This document shows positions 18,395-27,870 of a stretch of DNA of 64,000 nt, piece by piece. Below the pieces are notes generated by a model that did no database searches, was not told the DNA's origin, and worked only from the letters and a program-made list of their open reading frames with translations. Where the stretch lies: contig OY759746.1 of assembly GCA_963662795.1 (NCBI GenBank), positions 928,001 through 992,000 on the forward strand, in the 5' to 3' direction. Position 1 is the stretch's first letter; each line of letters begins with the position of its first letter. Source of the DNA: Spirochaetia bacterium (lineage in GTDB: Bacteria > Spirochaetota > Spirochaetia > CADAEX01). The position numbers were made by a program, and so were the translations under genes.

Positions 18395-19797
18395 AACTGT
18401 CCTCCTGAATTCTCCAGAAGCTGTTTGCGTTCCACCAAAAACCGCGCAGCCCTCACGACCCTGGCAATTGTAGGATATCCGGGGATTCCTTCATTGTAAA
18501 ACCTCTTCAGATAGCTGTCTGTAAACGGGCCGTATTCACTGAAAAGCAGAACAGGCTTACCTGAAGTCTGCGAAGCTTCTGAAATATGCGGTACCAAATC
18601 ATCAGACATACCTACAGGAGAGAAAAAGGCTATGCAGATTACCATATCGACACCTTCATCCTCCAGCAGGATCTTCAGGTTTTTCGCATATGTTTCGCTG
18701 TCTGCGGCAGCTGTGATATCAACAGGATTTTTTGAAGATGCAAATCCGATATTAACTTCTTTCAGCTTTTTCGAAGTTTCATCTGAGAGGACAGCCATCG
18801 CAAGGTTTCCCTTCTGATGTTTTTCTTCTATATAGTCAGCGCACATTACTCCATAGCCGCCTGCAGCAGTAAGAATGGCAATCCGGTTTCCTTTCGGAAG
18901 GGGAGACATGGAAAGAACTTTGCCTGCATCGCAAAGCTCTTCGTCATCAAGAACCCTTAATATCCCGTACTGGCGGAAAGCCCCGTCTATTACGCGGTCG
19001 GATCCGGCCAGTTTTCCGGTATGTGAACTTACGGCAGACTGCCCGGCGGCTGTTCGGCCTGCCTTTAAAACAATTACCGGTTTTTCAAGGCTGATTTTTC
19101 TGGCAGTTTCAAGAAATTCTCTTCCGTTTTCGATGCTCTCGACATATACTGCGATCGCTTTTGTCTTTCTGTCTTTTCCGAAATATCTTAAAAAATCCAG
19201 TTCCGTCAGATCGGTTTTGTTTCCAAGACCAACAAAAACCCTCATTCCGAAACCGATGTTGGAAGCATAGCCGAGGGCTTCTGATCCTACAGAACCGCTT
19301 TGCGTTAATATTGCGACTCCGCCGCCGCCGGCAAGCGAACGGTCTCCGTGTTCCACAAAGATGGTATTAAGGCCTGTTTCAGGAAGGAAAATACCAAGGG
19401 TATTGGGGCCAAGAATCCTTGTTCCGTATTTTTCAGGTATTTCGCCCAGTTGCTTTTCGAGAGCTTTCCCCTCTTCACCCGCTTCTCCGAAACCGCTTGC
19501 GACAACTATAAGAACTTTTGTCCCTTTGGCCGCGCATTCTTCAGCCGCCTTTACAGCCCCTTGAGCTCCGATTGTGATAACCGCCATATCAAGATCATCA
19601 GGCAGATCTTTAATATTATTGATAACCGGCATACCGAACAGAACTGTTTCTTTGGGATGGACAGGATAAAGGCGTATCCGTGTGGTCATGAGACGCCTGA
19701 AAATAATATTCCCGACTTTATCATGGTTGGAAGTAGCGCCGATTACCGCTATTGTCCTCGGGTAGAAAAGGGGTTCCAGCGGATCGCTGTTCTTCAT
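18391..19797 (-). CDS. ADP-forming acyl-CoA synthetase alpha subunit (CoA-binding)
   Basis: IAVIGAT, RILGPNTLG, QSGS, GNKTD, SHTG (phospho-His) and NPVD motifs. Confidence 0.9.
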   Translation of the reverse strand: MKNSDPLEPLFYPRTIAVIGATSNHDKVGNIIFRRLMTTRIRLYPVHPKETVLFGMPVINNIKDLPDDLDMAVITIGAQGAVKAAEECAAKGTKVLIVVASGFGEAGEEGKALEKQLGEIPEKYGTRILGPNTLGIFLPETGLNTIFVEHGDRSLAGGGGVAILTQSGSVGSEALGYASNIGFGMRVFVGLGNKTDLTELDFLRYFGKDRKTKAIAVYVESIENGREFLETARKISLEKPVIVLKAGRTAAGQSAVSSHTGKLAGSDRVIDGAFRQYGILRVLDDEELCDAGKVLSMSPLPKGNRIAILTAAGGYGVMCADYIEEKHQKGNLAMAVLSDETSKKLKEVNIGFASSKNPVDITAAADSETYAKNLKILLEDEGVDMVICIAFFSPVGMSDDLVPHISEASQTSGKPVLLFSEYGPFTDSYLKRFYNEGIPGYPTIARVVRAARFLVERKQLLENSGGQL

Positions 19798-20378
19798 TTC
19801 ATCCCCCCTGTTTCTCTTCCCAAGCGGAAAGCTTTTAGATTAGTCTGAACAACATCCTCACCCTTTGATGTGAATTTATCTTTTATCGCACTTTCAATCG
19901 CTTCAGGTTTAAATGGCAGATAAGGGGAGAGCGCCCCTACAAGAACCATATTTACCGCCCTCTGTGAACCTGCATCCTTTGCCAGGGTTTTACTTTCTAT
20001 AAGGCGGGAAGAGGATTGGGCTTTTATCATCCTGTGAATATCATCAAGAAGCGGATAATCAGTTATATTTTCAACAGATTCGGATGCTGTAATCAAAACG
20101 CCGTCCGGCCTTAAAAAATTCACATAACGGAGAGATTCAAGAGGTTCCATGCTTAGCACTACATCTGCCCCGCCCCGGGGAATCAGGTCGCTTTCTATAA
20201 CACCAGAAGAAATACGCAGATGGGCAAGAACAGCTCCCCCGCGCTGTGCCATTCCATGAACTTCCGACTGCCTCACGTTATATCCTTCCTTCATCGCTGC
20301 CATGGAAACAATTGCACCTACAGACAGGACCCCCTGGCCGCCTACTCCTGATAAAATAATATCTATTTTGTCAGACAT
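19794..20378 (-). CDS. iorB: indolepyruvate:ferredoxin oxidoreductase beta subunit
   Basis: GVGGQG, SEVHGMAQRGG and EPLESLRY motifs; ATG at 20378 with AAGGAG RBS. Confidence 0.92.
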   Translation of the reverse strand: MSDKIDIILSGVGGQGVLSVGAIVSMAAMKEGYNVRQSEVHGMAQRGGAVLAHLRISSGVIESDLIPRGGADVVLSMEPLESLRYVNFLRPDGVLITASESVENITDYPLLDDIHRMIKAQSSSRLIESKTLAKDAGSQRAVNMVLVGALSPYLPFKPEAIESAIKDKFTSKGEDVVQTNLKAFRLGRETGGMK

Positions 20379-20476
20379 AACCACTGCTCCTTTTTCATGC
20401 AATCCGTATATGACAATTCATACCGTCTGCAATATCAATTTGAGTCTCTTATAAATTATCTATCCGGACTGGTATC

Positions 20477-20665
20477 TTAACCGGTTATAGAAATCGCTGT
20501 CACAGGGCAGTCATCACATGCCTGTTGGCATGTTTCTTCCGCTTCTTTCGGTACAACATCTACAATCACAACAGCCTTGTCGCCTTCCATTCTGAAAACC
20601 TCGGGACATGTATTTGCGCAAAGATTGCAGCCGATACAGGTATCCTGATCAACACTTGCTTTCAT
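20477..20665 (-). CDS. ferredoxin (single [4Fe-4S]/[3Fe-4S] type)
   Basis: CIGCNLC-x3-CP...C-x-x-AC-x-x-CP in a 62-aa protein. Confidence 0.92.
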   Translation of the reverse strand: MKASVDQDTCIGCNLCANTCPEVFRMEGDKAVVIVDVVPKEAEETCQQACDDCPVTAISITG

Positions 20666-20669
20666 TTTA

Positions 20670-21860
20670 TTACCTCTTTTCTATTAATTTTTTTCCAAAT
20701 TCAACACATTCCAGTAATGCCGCATCGTCAGGATTCCATAAACATTTAATACCCTGATTTACAATCTGAAATCCTGATTTTTCCAGCAGGCCGTTAATCT
20801 TCGCTACAGATTCGCCGCTCCATCCATAGCATCCGAATGAAGCTGCCTTTTTATTTTTAAAACCTAATCCCTCAATTTCTTCAAGGATTCCTGCGGTAGC
20901 GCTTGTAATTCCTTTACCAATAGTCGGTGAACCGACAAGGATCAATTTTGATTTAAAAATTTCTGTAATAATGTCGTTCTTGTCAGTTTTCGCAATATTA
21001 TAAAGCTTTATATTTACCTTGCTGTCTGCCTGCTTGATACCCAGCGCAATGTTTTCCGCCATTGTTTTTGTCCCTTCCCACATGGAATCATAAAGAACTG
21101 TTATCTGGTCTTCCTGATAATTTTTCGACCATGCCAGATATTTTTCAACTATCTGAAGGGGCTTATCCCGCCAGATTACACCATGTCCGGTCGCAATAAT
21201 ATCAATGGGGAGATTCATTGCAAGAACTTCATTTATCTTTTTTTCTACAAAAGAACTGAAAGGGGTCAGAATATTCGCATAATATTTAATGCATTCTGTA
21301 GAAAGTTCCCCCTGATCAACAAGATCATTAAACATATATTCACTGGCATAATGCTGTCCGAAGGCATCCATGCTGAACAGGATATTATCACCAGTTAAAT
21401 AGGTTGCCATACTGTCAGGCCAGTGGAGCATTTTCATCTCTACAAACGCGAGCGCTTTTCCATTACCTATATCAAGCGTATCACCTGTTTTGACAGGGTG
21501 AAAATCCCAATCCTTGTGATAGTGTCCTTTAAGAGATTTCATGCAATTGGCCGTACAGTAAATCGGGGTGTCGGGGATCAGGCTCATCAATTCAGGAAGA
21601 CCGCCGCTGTGATCACTTTCTGCGTGATTTGCTATGATATAATCAATTTTATTTAAAACTATTTCCTTTTTCAGGTTCTCAACAAATTCTTTCGCGAAAG
21701 GTTTCCATACTGTATCTACAAGAACTGTTTTACCCTCTCTGATCAAATAAGAGTTATAAGTAGAGCCTTTGTGTGTTGAATACTCATTACCGTGGAATTT
21801 CTGGAGCTCCCAGTCAATTTTCCCGACCCAGTCAACATTGTTTTTTACTTTGATTTTCAT
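20670..21860 (-). CDS. fprA: flavodiiron protein (FprA/NorV-like O2/NO reductase)
   Basis: TYNSYL, NHAESDHSG, LHWPD, DAFG and GHG di-iron ligands; flavodoxin domain YDSMWEGT and FGCYGWSGE; ATG at 21860 with RBS. Confidence 0.92.
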   Translation of the reverse strand: MKIKVKNNVDWVGKIDWELQKFHGNEYSTHKGSTYNSYLIREGKTVLVDTVWKPFAKEFVENLKKEIVLNKIDYIIANHAESDHSGGLPELMSLIPDTPIYCTANCMKSLKGHYHKDWDFHPVKTGDTLDIGNGKALAFVEMKMLHWPDSMATYLTGDNILFSMDAFGQHYASEYMFNDLVDQGELSTECIKYYANILTPFSSFVEKKINEVLAMNLPIDIIATGHGVIWRDKPLQIVEKYLAWSKNYQEDQITVLYDSMWEGTKTMAENIALGIKQADSKVNIKLYNIAKTDKNDIITEIFKSKLILVGSPTIGKGITSATAGILEEIEGLGFKNKKAASFGCYGWSGESVAKINGLLEKSGFQIVNQGIKCLWNPDDAALLECVEFGKKLIEKR

Positions 21861-21879
21861 TTTATTTGCTCCTGCCTTT

Positions 21880-23484
21880 TTATTTTGATCTGGAATTTTT
21901 CTGGCGCAGTGTCTGCACGCATTCTCTAAGGGGAATAATAACAGACAATCCTTCATACGCAATCTCTTCCTTCAGTATCCCGACATTTTCAGCATGATTC
22001 TTTGGAAGGGGAATTATTTCACGAAGATGCTCTGGCTTTACTCCGCAGCCGAGAACAACTTCTTTTATCTGAAGAGAAGAAAGTATTGTATCCTGCCCCC
22101 CTGTCATCGCGGTTGTGGAATTGTCCAGTATCATGACAGTCATCGGGGTATCGGTAGAGACCGCATCTATCAGGGCAGTGATCCCTGAATGGAGAAAAGT
22201 ACTGTCACCGATTGTCGCAACTACATTTTTAAGACCGGATTCAGCGGCGCCTCTTGCCATTCCGATGCTTGCCCCCATGCACAGAAGGGTTTCAATCGCG
22301 TTATAGGGCGGATATGCCCCGAGAGCGTAACAGCCGATATCGCTTGTCACTGTTCCTCCGCCGAGTTTTTCAACCGCCTCATTCAGGGCCGTAAAACTAT
22401 CCTTATGGGGACATCCCGCACAGAGCTGGGGAGGACGGCCCGGGAGAGTCGCGGTTACAGGGGGCTGAGCGTTTAAAGGAGAAAGCCCAAGAGCTGCTCT
22501 TACATTATCAGGGTCAAGCTCCCCGGCAGGGGAAACAACGCTGTCCATCTTGCCGTTAATTATTTTATCCTGAGGCAGAATCCCCCTGACAAGACGCTCC
22601 ACAAAAGGATATCCTTCTTCTATTACTATTATCCTGTCCGCGCTGCTGCACAGCCAGCGGACTTTTTCCACAGGTATCGGGTATACTCCAATCTGAAGAT
22701 GAGAAGGAACAGGTGCAAAATCCGACAGATTTTCCCTGTAGTAGTTCCCTCCAAGACCGGTTGTTATAACTGCAATATCATGCCGGCCGGGATTGATATC
22801 AAGAAAATTGAAACTGCTGTTTTCAGAATATTCTTCAAAATCCTTTTGCATTTTTATATGATTTACCCAGCTTTTTCGTGACAACGCAGGGAGGGCCATC
22901 CAGTCATTCCTGTCTGGAGCTTTACCGGAATCGGTTCTTGCCGCTGTTTCTCCGCGGCTGATTACTGCTCTTGAATGCGAAAGGCGGGTTACAAGCTTGA
23001 TTAGAACCGGAATATGGAACAATTCGGAAATGCGGTAAGCTTCAACAGTCATATCATAAGCTTCCTGGTGGTTCCTCGGTTCAAAACAGATAATCCGCGC
23101 AAAATCGGCAAAAAACCGGCTGTCCTGCTCATTCTGGGAGGAATGCATCCCGGGATCATCGGCAACCGCAACAACAAGACCGCCGTTTATTTTCATAAGG
23201 GCGGAATTCATAAACGCGTCTGACGCAACATTAAGGCCTACATGCTTCATAGTCACAAGAGATCTGCGGCCGGCATAGGATACACCTACAGCCCCCTCAA
23301 GCGCTGTTTTTTCATTTGTACACCATCTTGCGATGAGATCAGGGTCTGATTTTTTATGATAATTGATTAAATATTCAAGAATTTCTGTTGAAGGGGTCCC
23401 CGGATAACCGTAAGCAACTGATAATCCGGCATCAACCGCTCCAAGTGCAAGTGCCTCATCCCCCAGAACCAATACTTCCTGCAT
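21880..23484 (-). CDS. iorA: indolepyruvate:ferredoxin oxidoreductase alpha subunit
   Basis: YPGTPSTEI, MKHVGLNVASD, DDPGMHSSQNEQD, LCAGCPH, DIGCY and GDSTFLHSG...LDNSTTAMTG (TPP) motifs. Confidence 0.93.
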   Translation of the reverse strand: MQEVLVLGDEALALGAVDAGLSVAYGYPGTPSTEILEYLINYHKKSDPDLIARWCTNEKTALEGAVGVSYAGRRSLVTMKHVGLNVASDAFMNSALMKINGGLVVAVADDPGMHSSQNEQDSRFFADFARIICFEPRNHQEAYDMTVEAYRISELFHIPVLIKLVTRLSHSRAVISRGETAARTDSGKAPDRNDWMALPALSRKSWVNHIKMQKDFEEYSENSSFNFLDINPGRHDIAVITTGLGGNYYRENLSDFAPVPSHLQIGVYPIPVEKVRWLCSSADRIIVIEEGYPFVERLVRGILPQDKIINGKMDSVVSPAGELDPDNVRAALGLSPLNAQPPVTATLPGRPPQLCAGCPHKDSFTALNEAVEKLGGGTVTSDIGCYALGAYPPYNAIETLLCMGASIGMARGAAESGLKNVVATIGDSTFLHSGITALIDAVSTDTPMTVMILDNSTTAMTGGQDTILSSLQIKEVVLGCGVKPEHLREIIPLPKNHAENVGILKEEIAYEGLSVIIPLRECVQTLRQKNSRSK

Positions 23485-23535
23485 GGCAAACTCCTGATAC
23501 ATAAAATATTTTAAACGGTAAATCAGTAATAAATA

Positions 23536-23588
23536 ATTTTACCCCCTCAATATTCGGCTGTCAAGTTTTTTTACCTTATATAATTCGG
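23536..23588 (-). promoter_or_regulatory. promoter of the ior operon with conserved regulatory motif (copy 2)
   Basis: Minus strand TTGACA (23564-23559)-N17-TAAAAT (23541-23536); shares TATTCGGCTGTCAA and flanking sequence with 17118-17155. Confidence 0.7.
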
Positions 23589-23655
23589 CTTTAAGGATTT
23601 TAACACAATATTTTAATAGTTTATCAGTTGCTTTCATCCGGTCGGATTTTCCCGA

Positions 23656-24084
23656 CTATTTTGCTTCTGAGTAATTAACCATCCACTGAATCCCGAATTT
23701 ATCTATAAAACTGCCGAAATAGTCTCCCCAGAAAGCATCTTCAAGCGGCATTTCAATTTTTCCGCCGGCCGACAGGGCTTTGAAAATTCTGTCAGCCTCT
23801 TCCCTGCTGTCGGGGTGAACTGATATAGAATAGTTGTTTCCGGGAATCAGCTTTTGACCAATGGATTCGAGGGTATCAGTTGCCATCAGAACAGCATCTT
23901 TTCCAATAGGCAGACCAATGTGCATAATCTTGTTTTTATCTGCATCCGGAATTGTGATCCCATCCATCTGCATGTCTTTAAACCGGACCAGATAATCAAA
24001 TTCCCCGCCGAAAACTGATTTATAGAAATTAAACGCCTCTTCACTGTTGCCGGGTAAATTCAGATATATATTTACTTTTATCAT
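23656..24084 (-). CDS. VOC family protein (PhnB/glyoxalase-like)
   Basis: YLN..GNSEEAFNFYKSVFGG, IMH and FWGDYFG...DKFGIQW motifs. Confidence 0.92.
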   Translation of the reverse strand: MIKVNIYLNLPGNSEEAFNFYKSVFGGEFDYLVRFKDMQMDGITIPDADKNKIMHIGLPIGKDAVLMATDTLESIGQKLIPGNNYSISVHPDSREEADRIFKALSAGGKIEMPLEDAFWGDYFGSFIDKFGIQWMVNYSEAK

Positions 24085-24232
24085 ATTCAACTCCTTATAT
24101 GGCTTTTTGATATATTCTAAAGCTATTCTAAAAAGTATATCGGTTTCAACCGCGAAGTCAAATTTGATGAGCAGTTATCATATTTTTTTGAGAAGTAAAA
24201 TAATAATTTTGCGAAACAGAAAAATATGTTTT

Positions 24233-27200
24233 CTATTCAAGCTCGATTAATAGGTCGTCCTTTTCAACAGCATCGCCGACATCAAAAAGAATATCCTTTA
24301 CAGTACCCGTAAGAGGCGCTTTTATATTTGTCTCCATTTTCATAGCTTCCGTTACAATAAGAACATCCCCTTCTTCGACTTCATCCCCGGCTTTAACAAG
24401 AAGTTTGAACACCTTGCCCGGCATCGGCGCTCCGACATGGTGCTTGTTGAACTTGTCCGCCTTTTCCTTTTCAGCAACTGCCCCGCCGACCGATTTATCC
24501 TTTACAATAACCGGCCTTGAAAGCCCGTTAAGCTCAAAATAAAGGTGCCTTGCCCCGTCATGGTGGGAACTGCCGACCGCGCTCAGCTTGATTATCAGAG
24601 TTTTACCCATATCGATATCAACACTCACCTCTTCTCCGGCATCAAGGCCATAGAAAAATGCCGGTGTCGGTATAACCGATGTATCTCCGTATTCGCTTCT
24701 GTGTCTGTCATACTCTATGAAAACGTGAGGGTAAAGGACATGTGACATAAGGTCTTTGTCACTTATCGGATGGCCTGTAATTGCTTCAAGCGAAGCTCTT
24801 TCAGCTTCAAAATCAACAGGGTCAAGCATTTCACCGGGTCTGCATGTTATCGGTTCTTCCCCCTTGAGTATCGCCTTCTGCAGTTCTTTCGGAAAACCCT
24901 GATAGGGCTGGCCGATCATCCCTTTAAAGAAATCCACTACCGACTGTGGAAAGGTAAGCTCAGGAGCTTTCGGAATAACATCATAGGTTGTGAGGTTGTT
25001 TTTAACCAGAAACATTGCCATATCAGCGACAACCTTGGAGGAAGGAGTGACCTTGATTATATCACCGAAAAGATCGTTAACATCGCGGTACATCCTCTTG
25101 CAGTCTTCCCATCTGTCAATCAGGCCGAGCCCTTCAACCATCGGCTTGTAGTTTGAGTATTGTCCGCCCGGAATTTCATGATAGTAGACCTCCGCTGTTC
25201 CGCTCTTAAGTCCTGATTCAAACGGGAAATAATAGGTGCGTACCGTTTCCCAGTAATTTGAAAGCGAGTTTATTCTTCCCATGTCAAGATGAGGGTCCCG
25301 CACGGTCCCCTCAAGGGCCGCCGCAAGGGCATTCATATTCGGCTGTGATGTAAGGCCCGACATTGAAGCGATTGCCGTATCGACAATATCCACCCCTGCC
25401 TCCGCAGCCTTGAGAAGGGAAGCCCCTCCGTTGCTTGATGTATCATGAGTGTGAAGATGTACGGGAATGCCGATCTCTTCTTTAAGCGCTTTGACAAGTT
25501 TCTCCGCAGCCATGGGCTTAAGAAGTCCTGCCATATCCTTGATTCCAAGAATATGGGCACCCATCTTCTCAAGTTCTTTAGCCAGGTTTACATAGTATGA
25601 GAGAGGGTATTTATCTCTTTTGGGATCAGTTATATCTCCGGTATAGCATATCGCGGCCTCGCAGATTCTGTCCTGTTTTCTTACAGCTTCCATCGCAACA
25701 GACATACCCTCAAGCCAGTTAAGAGAATCAAAAACCCTGAAGATATCGATACCTGAATCTGATGCTTCCTTTACAAACCTCTCAACAACATTATCAGGAT
25801 AATTTGTATAACCGACAGCGTTTGAAGCGCGCAGCAGCATCTGGAACATTATATTGGGTATTTTTTCCCTTAAATCGTGAAGTCTCTGCCAGGGGCACTC
25901 TTTAAGGAACCTTAATGCAACATCAAAGGTTGCCCCGCCCCACATTTCAAGTGAAAAAAGATCGGAGGCCAGACAGGAAACAGGCTCAGCTATTTTAAGA
26001 AGGTCATAGCTCCTTACCCTTGTAGCGATGAGAGACTGGTGGGCGTCCCTCATTGTTGTATCTGTAACAAGAAGTTTTTTCTGTCCGATAATCCACTCTA
26101 TAAATTTCTCTGTCCCGAGTTCTTTATAAAGATCGCGGCTGCCCTGCGGTCTTTCGGGATTTCCGTGCAGGTCAGGGACAAGAGGCTCTGTAAAGACTGG
26201 TTTTTTACTCTGCTTTTTGATAAACTCCTGTCCGTTGATGGTTGTATTGCCGATATAATTGATTATCTTTGACGCCCTGTCTTTTTTAATCTTCCCTTTA
26301 AGAAGATCAGGGTTAGAATCGATAAAGGAAGTGTCGCAGTTGCCGGCGATAAAAACCGGGTGTGTAACTACATTTTCAAGAAACGGAATGTTGGTTTTTA
26401 CCCCCCTTATCCTGAATTCCACGAGAGATCTTTTCATTACCCTTGCCGCATTTTCAAAAGTAAGACCCCAGCCGCTGAGCTTTACAAGAAGAGAATCGTA
26501 GGAAGATGTGATCCTCGCTCCGGAAAATGCGTTGCCGGCATCAAGCCTGACCCCGAACCCCGCAGGAGACCTGTAGGCTTTCAGTGTTCCGAAATCAGGA
26601 GCAAAATTGTTTTCCGGATCCTCTGTCGTGATTCTGCACTGTATCGCATAACCGCTTTTATGTATTGCCCCCTGATCAGGGATATTTATCTCGGGATCCT
26701 TAAGGCTGTGCCCTTCGGCGACCCGTATCTGCATCTGTACAAGGTCGCGCCCTGTTATCAGTTCGGTGACGGTATGCTCGACCTGAAGGCGGGGATTCAT
26801 TTCGATAAAATAGTAATTCCCGTCTTTGTCTATCAGGAATTCGACAGTCCCGGCGTTACGGTAGTCAACCTGCTTTGCGATTTTTATCGCATCCATGCAC
26901 AGTTTTTCCCTCATGACATCTGTAATTGCAAGGGACGGGGCAAACTCGACAACCTTCTGGTGACGCCGCTGAATTGAACAGTCCCTGTCATAAAAATGGA
27001 CAATATTGCCGTAATTGTCGCCCATTATCTGTATTTCTATATGTTTGGGTTTATCAAGGTATTTTTCAAGAAATACTGTGTCATCCCCGAAAGCCGCCTT
27101 AGCCTCGCTCCTTGCGCTTGAAAGCCCCTCGACAAGCTCAGTATGATTATTTGCAACCCGCATACCGCGGCCCCCGCCTCCGGCTGCGGCTTTTATGATT

Positions 27201-27679
27201 ATGGGATATCCATATGCTTTTGCGAATTTAAACGCGTCTTCGTCAAGTTCAACAGGTTTTTCAGTACCGGGAACTACCGGAACCCCGGCCTTTATTGCCG
27301 CGTGCCGCGCAGAAACCTTGTCTCCGAGAATTCTCTGCTGGTGTGCGGTGGGGCCGATAAAAGCAATCCCCTCTTTTTCGCAGCGCTCTGAAAATGCAGG
27401 GTTTTCAGATAAAAAACCGTAACCGGGATGAATCGCGTCAACCTCTTTCTTCTTTGCAAGCTCTATTATTTCATCGATTCCAAGATAGGCATCGATCGCC
27501 CCTTTGCCCTTACCAATAAGATAAGCCTCATCAGCCTTGGTTCTGTACAGGGAAAGCCTGTCTTCATTGGAATAAACGGCAACTGTCTTGATTCCGAGTT
27601 CCATACATGCACGGAATGTTCTGATTGCAATCTCTCCCCTGTTTGCCGACATTACTTTCCTGAAATTTTTAACCTGCAT
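24233..27679 (-). CDS. pyc: pyruvate carboxylase
   Basis: ANRGEIA, HPGYGFLSEN and GGGGRGMR (biotin carboxylase); RDAHQS, EMWGGATFD and HLHTHDT (carboxyltransferase); EAMKME biotinylation site. Confidence 0.97.
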   Translation of the reverse strand: MQVKNFRKVMSANRGEIAIRTFRACMELGIKTVAVYSNEDRLSLYRTKADEAYLIGKGKGAIDAYLGIDEIIELAKKKEVDAIHPGYGFLSENPAFSERCEKEGIAFIGPTAHQQRILGDKVSARHAAIKAGVPVVPGTEKPVELDEDAFKFAKAYGYPIIIKAAAGGGGRGMRVANNHTELVEGLSSARSEAKAAFGDDTVFLEKYLDKPKHIEIQIMGDNYGNIVHFYDRDCSIQRRHQKVVEFAPSLAITDVMREKLCMDAIKIAKQVDYRNAGTVEFLIDKDGNYYFIEMNPRLQVEHTVTELITGRDLVQMQIRVAEGHSLKDPEINIPDQGAIHKSGYAIQCRITTEDPENNFAPDFGTLKAYRSPAGFGVRLDAGNAFSGARITSSYDSLLVKLSGWGLTFENAARVMKRSLVEFRIRGVKTNIPFLENVVTHPVFIAGNCDTSFIDSNPDLLKGKIKKDRASKIINYIGNTTINGQEFIKKQSKKPVFTEPLVPDLHGNPERPQGSRDLYKELGTEKFIEWIIGQKKLLVTDTTMRDAHQSLIATRVRSYDLLKIAEPVSCLASDLFSLEMWGGATFDVALRFLKECPWQRLHDLREKIPNIMFQMLLRASNAVGYTNYPDNVVERFVKEASDSGIDIFRVFDSLNWLEGMSVAMEAVRKQDRICEAAICYTGDITDPKRDKYPLSYYVNLAKELEKMGAHILGIKDMAGLLKPMAAEKLVKALKEEIGIPVHLHTHDTSSNGGASLLKAAEAGVDIVDTAIASMSGLTSQPNMNALAAALEGTVRDPHLDMGRINSLSNYWETVRTYYFPFESGLKSGTAEVYYHEIPGGQYSNYKPMVEGLGLIDRWEDCKRMYRDVNDLFGDIIKVTPSSKVVADMAMFLVKNNLTTYDVIPKAPELTFPQSVVDFFKGMIGQPYQGFPKELQKAILKGEEPITCRPGEMLDPVDFEAERASLEAITGHPISDKDLMSHVLYPHVFIEYDRHRSEYGDTSVIPTPAFFYGLDAGEEVSVDIDMGKTLIIKLSAVGSSHHDGARHLYFELNGLSRPVIVKDKSVGGAVAEKEKADKFNKHHVGAPMPGKVFKLLVKAGDEVEEGDVLIVTEAMKMETNIKAPLTGTVKDILFDVGDAVEKDDLLIELE

Positions 27680-27870
27680 TTGAGCATCTCCTTGATGAAT
27701 CATTGACCTGCGGACGGTTTATATAGTCAAAATAGTGCAGAATCAATAAAAAAGTTCGGCTATTTTATATTTTTAGGGGTTATTTGACAAGATTTTCATA
27801 AGGAAAAGTTATAAGTATACAATAATACATAATATTTATGCAAAATAGTTCAATAAATATTTGCGGCAGG

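Noticed and set aside
21861-21962. Cys-containing N-terminal extension of fprA in the ORF track
   Set aside because: It overlaps the iorA 3' end; the RBS and typical N-terminus support ATG 21860
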